A stretch of 64,000 nt of DNA from Hyphochytrium catenoides (taxonomy: Eukaryota > Protista > Hyphochytriomycota). The notes beneath the pieces were generated by a model that was not told the origin of the DNA, made no database searches, and worked only from the letters and a program-made list of their open reading frames with translations. The position numbers were made by a program, and so were the translations under genes. The DNA lies in the NCBI GenBank assembly GCA_900088475.1, contig FLMG01003947.1:124001-188000 (forward strand), written 5' to 3'. Below, piece by piece: positions 52,004-64,000 of the stretch; position 1 is the first letter of the stretch; each line of letters starts with the position of its first letter.

Positions 52004-54876
52004 CTAACTGCTCTGCTTCTTCTTCTTATCTTTCTTGCTGCCTTGGGTGCCCGGGGCGATGTAGTCTTCGAAAAAGAGCTCCTTATACTCTTTCTTTGCG
52101 GCCAGCAACTGTTGGATTGCTCCGTCAATTTCCTCTTTGGAAGCGCCACTGCCCTTCAGCTCTCGCACTTTGTCTCCGATTGCAGTGATCTTCTCCACCA
52201 CAGCCTCTTTGGATGGGCCAGATGCAGGGCCTCCTTTCGATGGACTGCCAGGAGCGGCAGCAGCCGCAGGCTTTTTGGGGCTTGATGGTGCCTGAGACTT
52301 CTTGGGGCTAGTGGGGGCAGCACCGGTTCTAGTCGAGGATAGAGAAAGCTTACTGATTCCGTCCGTAACAGAGCCGAGAGGTCGGGAGAATCTGCCACGG
52401 CCCGTATTCTCCACATACACATCTGCCTTAGCTTCAGTAGCTGCCGACGCTTCTCCGTCTTCCTCGACACGGACGAGCGGATATTTCTTCAGCAGATCTT
52501 CCCATTGAATAAGGCCCGTGGTGAGCTTAGTGAGCAGCGACGGGATGTCTTTGCTGTGGACTCTGATCTGAGCCATGGAGTCCCTCTCACGAAGAGTCAC
52601 CGTGCCGTCCTGTAGCGACGTGAAGTCTACGGTAACTGCGAATGGCATTCCTAGCTCGTCGAACCGGGCATATCTGCGGCCGATGGTTACACTCGAGCTG
52701 TCTGACCTGTTGCTAATGCCAGCCAAGGTTAACTCCTGCTGAATCTTCGTTACAAGCGGCTCGAAGGCCTTGTTTGCACTGAGAGGGTAGACAGCGCACT
52801 TAACAGGTGCGATGAGTGGGTTAAAGGACATCACGCCGCGCTTCTCGTCGTTCTCTCTCAAATAAAAATTGTGCTCTAGAATGGCGTAGAGGATGCGACC
52901 CATGCCAAACGAAGGCTCGATGACAGATGGCGTGAATTTTTCCTCTGTCACCTTTTTAGACACCACAGAAAGAGACAGGTGCTCCCTGCGAAGCTGATAG
53001 GTCACCTTAGGATCCTGCGCGTCTGGAAGAGTGGCTGACCCGTTCTCGTTCAGCTCCTTCTCAAATGCTAGAGCCTTTTCCTTGTCCTCCGCAAGTTTCT
53101 CAATGGTGGCCACCACTCTCTTCTGCTCTTGCCGGAACTCTTTCCCCAATACGCCCTTGTTGATCTTAGGCTGCACGATCTCAATAGTTCTTGGGGCATC
53201 GTACATCTGAGAAGCATGCATAGCTTTACCACTTGCTTGGGCATGATTCGAGAGGTCAAAACAAGAACGGTCAGCATGGCCAGCACATTCAATCCAGCCG
53301 TAAGAAAGCTTGATCTCCAAGTCCCAGCAGTCGCAGGCGTAGTGTGCCATTTCTGTTGGAAGGTGCTGACGGAAGCGAATCTTTCTCCGGTTAATCCCAG
53401 CCTGGACGGGAGACAGATGAGAGGTTAGGTCAATAAGTAGACAATGGGCCTGGAGGATTTAAAGCCGGCATGCGCATGAAGGAAGGAAGAACCACGCTGG
53501 CAGAGACATGAAGACGGAAAAGCTTTGAAGATGCATACTAAGAATATAAGCTATTGAACTGAGGGAACTACCCCTCTGGTATTAGGCATGGCGCTCCTAC
53601 CTTGACACAGAACTGCTGCGTACGGGCAAGAAAGTACCCCAATGTTTCATTTGCGACCATTCCCTGCTTGACTGCCTCACCAATGCTGAGCTCAATGGTC
53701 TTGCCGTCACCGAGTTGACTCTTCGCGGGGAAGAGTGTCAACACTTCTTCTGCAACCATTCGGAACTTTGGATGACCCTTTTGCAGAGGATGGACGAAGT
53801 GCTCGATCTCTGCCATGGTGAACTCTCGGACACGGAGCAAGCCCATACGTGGAGAGATCTCGTTCCTATAGCCGTTACCAATCTAGAGCAAAGGCAGGAA
53901 GGGTAGGAGATGAAAGACTGAGGGTTAGTTAGTGACGCGAAGGTGTGAAGGGTAATGAAAGATGACTGTTATAGACCAAACGCCTTCGGGTAAGAAGCAA
54001 GGGTAGCGCTCCACACCAATTCCCTCTTGAAAGAGATCACAATAGGCTTACTTGTGCTGCAGCGAAGGGGAGGCGCCCGTTGTTGAAGTCTAGAAGCCTA
54101 GAAAAGTTGATGAATATGCCCTGAGCGGTCTCTGGCCGCAGGTAGCCAACGTGAGTGCCCTCGGCACCGATAGTCGTCTGAAACATAAGGTTGAAAGGAA
54201 ACGGATCTGATAGTTCGTTGCCGGTGCTGGGTGACTTAACGCCGTATCCTTTCAGCTTTTGTCCTAGCTCAGTCGGTGAGTACGCATCGGCTTGCAGTGC
54301 CACTTTCTGATGATCCAGGCGCTCGCTCTCCGGCATGGTTGGGCTCTTCTGCAGTAGATTCTCAATGTGGTCCTCAAGCAGCTTATCAGCTCTAAAGCAC
54401 TCTCCAGTCTTCACATCCTTCACCATATTGTCCGTGAAAAGCTCCACATGGCCCGATACCTTAAGGACCTTCTCCATCGTCAATGTCGTGCATTCTACCT
54501 CCAGCATGTTCTCTTCCAGGACAAAGTGATTGCGCCAAAGGTTGATCAGGTTAGCCTTAAGCGCACAGGCAGGAGGGCCGAAATCATAGAAGCCTGCCAA
54601 GCCACCATAGATCTCAAAAGATGGGATAACGAACATTCTCCGCTTGAGAAGCTCATCCATCGCCTGCCTATTGAATGGAGGCTCGCTAGAAACTACCAAC
54701 TTTTCTGCTTGTGCCAGCTTCTCCTTCAAAGCCTTAAGCTCTTCCACAGCCTTGGTTACCTGCTCTTGTGACGCTCCATCTTTCTTCAACTGACGAACAA
54801 AGTTCCCCTGCCGAGCCACAGAGGCACGGATGGCATCCAGCTCATCCAGCTGCTGCTGAGCATCTCCAGAACTCAT
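52004..54876 (-). CDS. GARS1: Glycyl-tRNA synthetase (eukaryotic alpha2 type) with N- and C-terminal WHEP domains, 3 exons
   Basis: FEIYGGLAGFYDFGP, YLRPETAQGIF, AAQ/IGNGYRNEISPRMGLLRVREFTMAEIEHF, EMAHYACDCWD, WIECAGHADR, VIEPSFGMGRI, and the anticodon domain TIGRRYARFDELGMPFAVTVDF..VTLRERDS. Confidence 0.98.
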
Positions 54877-55559
54877 GGTGCTTATCAGTCTCTTTCACAC
54901 CTTGGATATTGTCAAATAAGCTTGAAGCTAAAGGGACACCTCAGCAATGCTATGCGGGTCGGTGAAGCTAGCTACTAGAGATGACAGGAGGCTATCTTAT
55001 AACCCAGAGATCATGGGCAGAAGCTCAGCAAATGCGTGCGGTCAGCGCTGCTGGCCGATGATGGGCTTCCTCCTGATGAACTCAACCAAAGAGGTTGGCA
55101 AAAGATTCGCGAGCCAGACACAAGAAGAGATGTTAAACCCACAACTCTTTTTATATATACAAATATCAGTCAAGCTCACAACCTCCTGCTATACCCTCAT
55201 CTCTTGGGTGTTGGGCACTTGACGATCTCCTCCACCCACTCGCGCTTTCTCCCTGGATGATGGCACCAAATCCTAGACCCACCTTTGGCGCTTCTGGTCT
55301 TCCTGCAACAACCGTCTCTAGGTGGTTTAGCTCATGTAAAGAGCTCTTTAAAAGGCGTTTTGAGAATCACACCAACGTGCTGCAGTGCGGCCAACAGTCC
55401 AGCAGCTTCACAAGCAGCCCAGCAGAGACTTTGATGCCTCGATGAGCTCTGTAAGACGGTCACTGCCCCAAGAGAGCAAAGTTGTTCCGCAGTGAGGCCC
55501 GGGCAGCAGCAGCAGGTCTAAAGGTGTCGAAGTCACTGCGCATGGTACGCTTTTGAAGA

Positions 55560-56400
55560 GTGAAAGGGGCACTAGGACAGGGGTTACGAGCGAGAGGAAG
55601 AAGCTCTTGAGATGCTTGTCAAATGCTGTTGATAGAACTGCTGCACAATGCAAGCAATGCAGCCTTTCGTCTTGGTAGCAGAAGCATACGTTTGTATGCA
55701 TCCTGTTCCATTACGAGCGTGCAAGAAGAGCCGTTCCCTAGGCTTGATGAGGAGCTTGGAGCTCATTAAGTAGTGAAATGAGTGACTATGCAAAGGTGCC
55801 ATCACTTGTGGCACGCAGCAGTCGCCTAACAGGCCTAAGTGTAAGAGCTCCGCTTGCTTTCCCGGTGGCAGATACCCTGCTTTTAGGAACACGCAATAGG
55901 CCTCTCCATGCACATGGAGATGTTCTAATCATAAAATCGCCTACTCACGCGTCCTTGGTAGACTGCCTGCTGTACTTTAATGAAGAGATTGGTGAGCTTG
56001 ATCTACGCTATGATGCCAAACTCTTCTGAAAGCTTGGCTGATAGAAGAGGAGCAGGGCGAGCAATTCATTCTCATTACCATGTCGAGAAGTAGACTTGAG
56101 GAGGATCTGTATTAGAAGCTGCAATCATACTGCTTGCTAAGGGTCAAAGGGCGCCTCTTCTACAGGCAAACTAAGTACAATCCTGCGGTTTGGACGATGG
56201 TAACTCCAGTTAGGGGTATTATAATGTGTCTCACACCTATAGTCGAAGGACCATCGGACTAGACATCTTACAGGGTTGGGCCGTATGAAGGTAGAGAGAT
56301 GCTCTCCAAGGTTCTACTTACTACTGTTGGTGCCCTGCCACAAACAAACCGGTGTGGGCATCCATGTGAGTCGACATCCCATTAGCATACACGGATAAGT
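55560..56400 (+). mobile_element. Heavily decayed Ty3/gypsy pol relic (RNase H to integrase GPY/F)
   Basis: Frameshifted fragments in gypsy order: EEEALEML (~55592), QPFVLVAEA (compare PFVL.TDAS), HPV/YE, DEELGA, RLLSRW, then VGPYE..LP..HP and HVSR (~56275-56375). Confidence 0.42.
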
Positions 56401-57945
56401 TGGGACAGCTATCGGTATCAGGTCTAGCTCTAGGCAGGTCTGACGCCGGGTGTCTCTCAGGCGTTGCTATTTAACTCTAGATCGAGTAGGGCGAGATGAT
56501 TGGTAGGTAATGGTAAACCAGGGAACGGTGAACCTTATGATGGGCACTCTGATGTCCGTCATGGTCAGCAAGCCATAATATATGATGGATGGAACGGCCG
56601 TTATATTAAGTTGGCCACTTCCTGTTCCAGAGTAAGGCTCGGGCTTATGATCATTCGTCATGGACGATCAAGAGAGCTACAAAGGCATCATCATTATGAA
56701 GGCAAAACCTTTGAGTGGATAAGATGTGATCTCGATGGTTCAGAGTCCTCTCTACTACTTAGAGGACGACCACAGACCTTCTCTAGCGATACGTCGCAGC
56801 GCCGAGGCTGCGCGAGGCTTATCCGCAGCAAGAAACCTACTGAGAGCTAGGAATACTTGGGGCAAGATCTTCTCGTCAATGCCAGTTCTCCCTATATTAA
56901 GTGGGCCCGAAGTTCCTCTCCTCCTCCTTCTCCCCTCACTCTACAGTTCTATCCAACAGTTTGTGAGAAGGTGAACTATCGCAGATCTTGATGAGTGCCT
57001 CTGAGGACTTCTCTCCCAGCAATCCGAAGGAAGGCGCGCCAGGAGGTAAACAGATTAATTGAGGTGATTCTGGTGATTCTGAGGAGGTAGGTGGAGGGTG
57101 GTGTCCATTATTACGTTCCTCTGGAACAAAGCCAAGTGTCCATAGTCTCCACTTTGGACATTTGTCGCCCTATCGCTTCATCACCTGTGGTTTATTCTGC
57201 TCTTGGGAGAATAATGTTTGTTGATGCTCTTCACGCCATCAGAACCGTCAAGATCATTTGTGGATATCCGGGGAACTTGGGAAGTCTCACTTTCATCCAA
57301 CTTCTCGAAGTACTTCTTCCACGCTTTACTTCTTCTTCCTTCTTCTTCTTCTGGTAGGTAAGATGCCAAAGGGAAGCTGATGGGAAGAAGGTCACGGCTC
57401 ATGGTCCACAGAGTGCATCGTCATCACGACGTGAAGGACTTCCCTGGAAGATGATCATATGATGGTGTCGAAGAGTATTATTGTCGCCACCACCACCGCC
57501 GGTCTTTCTAGCACTGATGAGTCAGACGACCAACACTCTACATTGCACTCTTCCGTACTATGCCGCATCTTCCTCCTGGTCACTGTGTCAGGACTTCAAC
57601 GATCTTATGGTTCCTCCTTGGTCCCTTGTTTCCCTACATCCCTCCTGCTGCCCTGCCGTTAGAAGAGGAGCACAAAGAACAACACAGCGGTAGCTATGAT
57701 CTATGCCTTCAGCTATCCTAATGAACAACTTCCTCAACACAACCATGATCGCTGGCTATCTTGTCCTCACAGATATCATGGGCATATCTCGGCATTTGCC
57801 AACTTCCTTTCCCCGTTGACGAGCAAACTGCGAGCCCGCGAGCATTTGCCGCTCACCTTCCTGTTAGCCACTCGTTTTCATAAAGGCCATACTAACTACT
57901 ATATCAGAAGCCAACCCACCAGTCATCGACTCTGTTGCTCTCAAG

Positions 57946-58815
57946 ATGAAGTTGCTATCTCCCGGACTCTCACTTTCCGCAGTCGGATCAGTCGGATGTC
58001 TCTTAGTATCACTGTTGCTGGCAAGTGATGGTCCCTTGATTGCCAAAGCGGAGGGTTCCCTTCCTCCTTCTTCTTCTGCCTCTGCCAGTTACGAGCACCA
58101 ATTGCGAGGTAGTGAGGAGATAGAAACCCAGAACTGTGACCAACCGGAGTCGGCCAATACTGGGTGTTTTAAGACCTGTGTCGAGGCAACGCTGGACTGG
58201 AGGGCGTACCCTGAGGACGACACTCAACAGACGGAGGACGATGAAGCCGAGGCAGTTGTCAAAGCTCACTTTGGCATGTGCTGGAACAAGAAGCAAACCA
58301 AGGCCCGGGTGTCAGTAGACGTTGATCTTCGAGGAGCTGCAAAGCCGGAGAATAAGCGTTTCCTCCCTGCCAACTGCTCTCTGGAGTATCTCACCTACCA
58401 CGTCCATACTAAGTTTATCTATGCTTATGAGGACTCTACAGTTTTCTGCGGGGGCTCTGAGGAGACTGGCGATCACTATGATCCTGGGCTAGCATGTGGT
58501 CCGAGCTCTCAATATGCGTCCACGCTCTGTCCTGCTCTGGGCCGTGACAGCGCCAAATACCAGTGCAGTGGCGACTACCGGAAGTATCAACAAAACCCTG
58601 AGAAGTGTGAACGTGGTGATCTCTCAGGCAAGGCTGGCAAGCTCGTTTTGAAGGACCATCAGGCTTCTGCCAACTTCCTAGATCTTAACCCCCCAACCTA
58701 TGACGCTTTTAATCAGCGCAGATATATGTCCGTGGTGTTTCACTGCCCCAACGGCGCTCGAGCCTTCTGCGCCAGACTCAAGGACACACCTCTAGAACCA
58801 CCATCGAGTGAGTAG
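57946..58815 (+). CDS. Secreted Cu-only-type superoxide dismutase (Cu/Zn SOD fold, fungal SOD5-like)
   Basis: Hydrophobic N-terminus, then LTYHVH, TGDHYDP, CERGDLSGKAG and SVVFH..GARAFCA. Four putative Cu-binding His and the catalytic Arg are present. The Zn-loop His residues are absent. Single exon. Confidence 0.88.
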   Translation: MKLLSPGLSLSAVGSVGCLLVSLLLASDGPLIAKAEGSLPPSSSASASYEHQLRGSEEIETQNCDQPESANTGCFKTCVEATLDWRAYPEDDTQQTEDDEAEAVVKAHFGMCWNKKQTKARVSVDVDLRGAAKPENKRFLPANCSLEYLTYHVHTKFIYAYEDSTVFCGGSEETGDHYDPGLACGPSSQYASTLCPALGRDSAKYQCSGDYRKYQQNPEKCERGDLSGKAGKLVLKDHQASANFLDLNPPTYDAFNQRRYMSVVFHCPNGARAFCARLKDTPLEPPSSE

Positions 58816-61800
58816 GAGCGATAGAGTATTCTGTTACCCGCAAGAGCATGTCTCGTCGTTGACTAGTAGTAGTCCCGTGACTAGTTAAATCTCCTTAACA
58901 TGATATGCCTTTATAGTTTACCGGTCGTCTCTAGCTGTTAGCCAAGCGACGGACGGTAGAGAAGAACTCTAAGCTTCCTTCAATTGCCTCCAGTGGAGCT
59001 GCCACAAGAGGAGAAATCATGAAGATCTGCTTTATCAAAACGCAAGGCGAGAGAAGAAGGAGGATGAAACTGGAAATCGGAAGAGAGGCAATGGTCGCCA
59101 ACAAAGAGTCGCAAAGCAAGCAGAAACTGCAGAGATCATTTCATGAAGAGACAGAAGATCGAGGATGCAATGTTAGTCAACCCTGGAAGTTTATGACGAG
59201 GTAGGAAGAAGCTTCATTTGCCTCCTCCGTGATGAATGAAGCTTGACACGAACAGCATCATAAGCGGCACGCACATGGGAGCGCACAATATTCCACCGCG
59301 TTCTGTTTGCAATTCTTGTTTGGAAGGCTTTGTCTCTCGAATCATCAAAGGTCGGTGGTTGCCAAGGAAGAAAGAAGAAGGGCGGTGCGTAAGGGGGTTG
59401 TTGGGCTTTACTTTTGGCAGGATCGGACTGCTTTGGGGGGGTTCTTACTCTATTGGTGTCTGCACGTGAAGACAATGTGTCTGGATGGTCAGGGCCGGTT
59501 ACCTTCTTATTGAGTTAACTTCGGGCTACTACGCCTTCTGTCTGCCAAGAGAGCTAGCAAGGGACGACGTTGCTCGAGTGGAGACGCATAAGACCGAAGC
59601 GGAGGCACCATCAACAAATCTTGTGTCCTATAAGCGCATATGTTGTAATGGAACGTATGAGATCTCGCGGCAGTTTCCCTCTGAAGGCCGTAATAACCGC
59701 ATATAATAAGTAACGTATTCGTGCCCACCAACAAAGCCATTACGATGTTGTTGCTCTACCACCACGTCAGCTATAATCATGGTACTAACATTGCCGTAAC
59801 TAACAGTAGTCAGTAAAAGCTCGTATAGTAGAGGGAATGACATGCCCCGTGAGCAAAGCTCAGCTGAACGGTCCCTTTCCAAGCATAGCCTCATCAAATA
59901 CAGCGTCCCTGTAACCCATCCAATGCTGAAAGTTGCTGAAGGTCCGGTAGGATCTAAGATTAAGACCGTAGCTAACACCAATGGCGGTACAACCATTATA
60001 TAACTCCATCGCAGGAGGAAGTTGACAAATCTTGGTCCACACTCCTCCAATCGGTTGTTGGTATATGTTGCTGCCTTGTACAATCACTGTTCCATATCGT
60101 TGATCAAAGCCCATTTGATAGGTCATCATCGTGTCTTCGGCCTTAAAGTTTGCACTGCTTGAAACACAGTTAATAGGTACTCTGTAATGAGTACTCTTTC
60201 TGGAAGTCCTGAGCTTAGGAGATACCTTGAGTCTAGCCTGATCCCGTGTAGATCCTCCTCCCTCCTGACTTCCTCGATCTGCAGCAGCAGTTGGCCTTCT
60301 CCTCCACAGAGAGATGATGGATATTTTTGGAGCGTTGGTGGTAAGCATGCCACCTCTTCTTCTAATCACAATGTCCTATTAGCTGAAGATCTTTCTTCCT
60401 CTTGGGCCTCTCAAAACCCTCCAGTTTGCTGTTGTCTTCATCAAGAGTGACTAGCGCTAAGCTCTCAATAGAGAAGATCTGCTCTGCTCGGTGGTTGCTG
60501 AAGGAGGTGAATCCCAAAGGCTGCTAACTGGGAGGATGTGCTCGAGGTTCCATCATGTTGTCCTGTAGTTCATCGGTGAAACTCTTTTGCTTGTACGTGC
60601 TGAGGAGATGCGAGATCTTTTTTGTTATATGGCTTCTTCTTTGGGTGCTATAGCTCGAAGCTCTGACATCTGGAGGGTGATACCATGTTGCAAGCAGCGG
60701 TCCCTGCCACTGGTGAACTGAACCAGTTGTCCCACATCTTGGCTAGCAGCTGTTGTTCATCATAAGGGTCTGTGCGTCTAAAACCGCCGCACCTTCATCA
60801 CAGGTAAAATGTGAACAAATCTGTGACTTCAGCTCTCTTGTTGCTGACAACTCGATGCGGGCAGTGATGAAGCGATCTGTTGCTTGGGAGGCGCATTGTT
60901 GTGAGCTGTGGATGTGGAGACCTGCTTCCGTGGTGTTTGAGCTCGTTGCTGGTTGTGCAGAAACGATGCAGGTAGGTGCTGATGAACACTCGGCGGTTTT
61001 CCAGGAGGTGTGGTCATCAAAGTCGTGGGGTAGCATTTGGTGCTTTAGGCCAGTGCGAGAGCAGATAGCGCAGAAGACAAGGGTCTCCTGGTGCCATTTG
61101 GACTGAGGCTTGCATTGATGTGTGCACAACATATAGTATCCATGAGGAACTGCCGGCTCATTCGATGAGAGCCATACTGATGACTTCCTATTATCAAGCA
61201 TCGCGAGTGTCTTCCTTTCAAACTTCGTCTGCATGTAGACACCCGTCCTACCATCCTTGGCATACTGCTTCTTGAAGGTCATGTTCTTGGCTGCTAGCTG
61301 ACTGAGCTCATTCAAGGTTTGTCTGAAGTTCTAGTGGTTGAGCTTGAGTACTGCTTTTTGTTGAACTCCCTTGGCTTTGATGACCGCTGCCCTGTAATAA
61401 GTCCAAGAGCTAGTAGAGACTATTTGGATACGCGCTCTGGGTGCCTTTATCTGAGAAGTGACTCCACGGAGGACCTTTGGGGCTTTTCCTAGCAGGCCAC
61501 CATATTCCTTACGCGTTGTTGCCATTTACTCCTTATCCGCTGGAATCATTTATGGCACCATAGGCTCTTTGCTAGCCTAGTGACAGCAAGTTATCCTATC
61601 GCCTTAGACTGGATAAGAAATGGTCCATTCAACGTTACGGTTGTTTGAGCTTACTATTAGAATAGTGAGACGGTTCCTTAGATTTGCAAGCTGCCATCAA
61701 TATAATAACATCTGCCCTAGTTCTTTCCATTACCGTCTGCTAGGCCCAACTCAGTGGGGTTAGATCAAGATAGCTCATTACCCGGGCCTTCCACTACTGA

Positions 61801-62838
61801 CGGTCTTAACAGATAAGCTTCATCAAACTAGAGCCGGTTATGGCTTCCTTTAATCCTGTGCTTGCTGGTTGACAGCCTCTTTCACGACATCATCACCGGC
61901 GAGGTGAGCGGATGCAGCCGTACTCCTTGTGAACACTTCTGTTCACCTTCTCTGAATAAGAAAAAAATGAGCTAGTCTGATCAAGAGCAGAGAGCATGGG
62001 AGTCCCTCACGACCTTTGACAAGCATTATGACTACATCGACAGCCTGACAAATCCTTCGCACAAGCGCGACTCTGAGAACAAGCAGAGCTCGATCTGCAC
62101 TGGTTCCTCACACTCATTGTATAAGGGAGGCTGTGATGGCGCCAAAGCTGCTTGTTGATCTCTGCAAGGTAGTCTGGAATCCTATCTTCCGAAGTTATGG
62201 TGTATAAACATTGCTGCACAAGCGGTCCTTGGCTCCGGATTGCTGCGTTCCCACTGGGCCAGATGGCTGCTGTCTGTACGCAGACGCCTGCAGCCTTGGT
62301 TGCGTCATCAGCTTCCAAGAGCATACTCCACACAGATTCCAAGAGCCAGCTCCATTGTCATTTTACGTAGTTCTCCTTTCTGACCTCACTAGCAATGGAT
62401 GGAAGCAGGCCTTTCTTTGGCAATCGGAGGCCGACCGTCCTCCGTTATGGACGTCCTCGTGAACTCGCTCTTCACACTGGGATTTTTCACCTCAAGTAAG
62501 AGCTTCACAGGAAGAACCAGGACGATGAGGGCAGCGAAGGTCTTAAGTGAGAGCGTTCAAAAGGCAAGGCAGGGAGAGGAAGAGCAGCACTCTCGGGTGT
62601 TTGCTCTTGAGAATGGCAAGAGTTTCCTCCAAGGGAGTAGCCATGCCCTGGACACCAACCTTCCAAGCAATGGTGTGATCCAAAGTGCCCTAACATTGCC
62701 TTAAAGCAAGCTCTGGGCTGTGCTGTGAATGTATGGATTCCGGACTCGCGTCTCTAAACCAGTCTAGTCCGATCTCTGGATATAAAGCTGCTTATAAAAC
62801 AAAACAGCTCTCCTTTCAAAGTCCAGTGATTCATTCTG

Positions 62839-63457
62839 TCACGTTACACTCACCCTCTTCCTCTTCACAACTCCGGCGGTGACGCCAGCAACATATACCA
62901 GCTCCGCAGCGATCTCATTCAGCACTAATCCCAGCCCCAAAGACAACCTCAAACTGACACCTTCTCTTAATAAGAGACCACAGGGCATCGTGTCGTCAAA
63001 GATTGACAGCCCAATGCCGTTCTTCTGGTATTTCACAGGTGAATACCTTACTTGATAACTCTCACCCTGTGCATCAACCTGCGTCAAGCAGCATATGACA
63101 TCTACAGATGGAACGAGTTGAACGGAGTAGGATAACTCCAGAGGTAGACCTAAGCTCTCCTTGGCTACTTCAGGACCCATAACGACCTCCACTGCAGGTA
63201 CGACATCAAACTCCGACCAACGGCTGTAGGTCACTGTTGCAATGACACGGCGCTTCTCTCCAATGGCAAAGATTTTGAAGGCCGAGGGGGGAGACGGGAG
63301 ATCATTACAATACTTTTCGCCGGCGAAGGGCTGTTGCTCAATCTCCAACACTACGCAGCCTGCGGCGTCCAGAACACTGATAATTGATATCTGAGGGACT
63401 TTCCGGGCGCCCCCACTAGAACGATGCGCTTTGACACTGTAAACGGGCTCTCTCCTC
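62839..63457 (-). CDS. Possible exon of a LURP-one/Tubby-C2/scramblase-like protein
   Basis: The frame stays open upstream of the listed ORF to a TTTTAG acceptor. PVYSVKA..SVLDAAGCVVLEIEQ..VIATV..W..SYSVQLVPSVD resembles the LURP-one pattern. Weak similarity, judged by eye. Confidence 0.35.
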
Positions 63458-63537
63458 TAAAATGCCTCACAGGCTTCTCAAAAGGTGCTACTCGTACTGT
63501 AATAACTCGTTATCAATTACGCCCGTAAATCTACTCA

Positions 63538-64000
63538 AACGCTGGGTGGGAATTTCACCCACACACCTGTTTGGGTCCCAACTATCAGCTCCCTACTCAT
63601 TCTCGACTCATTTTTGACCTCTTCCCTCAAAGCTGCTCCAAACATACTCGGCAACTCCGTGGTTCTTCAACAGCTCCTCAATTCCATCTCACTTCCCGCC
63701 GCCTTCTCAATATCCCCTCAAATGTAACTCGAAACCAGAAGCAGCAGCTACTTTCAGATTTGGTGATCGTCGTGCATCGTGGCAATCGGAGAGCTCGTCA
63801 CAGCGCAAAGGAAAGTAACTAACTATCGGAACCTACTGTACTGCGGCACGACGAAGGGAGCAGAGGCGACATAACACGTCCGTCACTTTGTTGCTAGCGC
63901 CAAGGCTTTGAGGGAAGAGGTCAAAAATGAGTCGAGAATGAGTAGGGAGCTGATAGTTGGGACCCAAACAGGTGTGTGGGTGAAATTCCCACCCAGCGTT
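63538..64000. mobile_element. MITE/foldback-like element: perfect inverted repeats of at least 96 bp around a 271-bp spacer, truncated by the window end
   Basis: 63538-63633 is the exact reverse complement of 63905-64000. The spacer has no convincing coding sequence. Confidence 0.8.

Noticed and set aside
56640-56870. Possible chromodomain after the GPY/F relic
   Set aside because: Aromatic cage residues could not be placed in a consistent frame.

Overview
Eukaryotic, intron-rich genomic DNA with GT-AG introns, CTRAC-like branch points, AG/CT microsatellites and three N-gaps. The standard genetic code fits. The gene content suggests a stramenopile-like protist, but that is inference only. 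I assembled gene models by hand across introns. Recognisable genes: NAD(P)-dependent glycerol-3-phosphate dehydrogenase, a KDM4-type JmjN/JmjC demethylase that also carries PHD, Tudor-like and CXXC modules, a degenerate membrane-anchored cyclophilin, an IQ-motif protein, a Rab GTPase with a ~345-aa N-terminal extension, 6-phosphogluconolactonase, a cyclic-nucleotide-binding protein, caleosin, a Stealth-family phosphotransferase, an F-box/LRR-like/ankyrin protein, PNGase A, a glycyl-tRNA synthetase with WHEP domains at both ends, and a secreted Cu-only-type SOD. Also present: a large degenerate ATP-grasp-like protein with TRAF-type zinc fingers, the tail of a Cys/Trp repeat protein, a 93-aa three-exon gene missed by the ORF track, two heavily decayed Ty3/gypsy relics, and a perfect inverted repeat of at least 96 bp (MITE-like) cut by the window end. 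No tRNA, rRNA or CRISPR array is supported. The best novelty candidates are unusual domain architectures, not an operon-like system.
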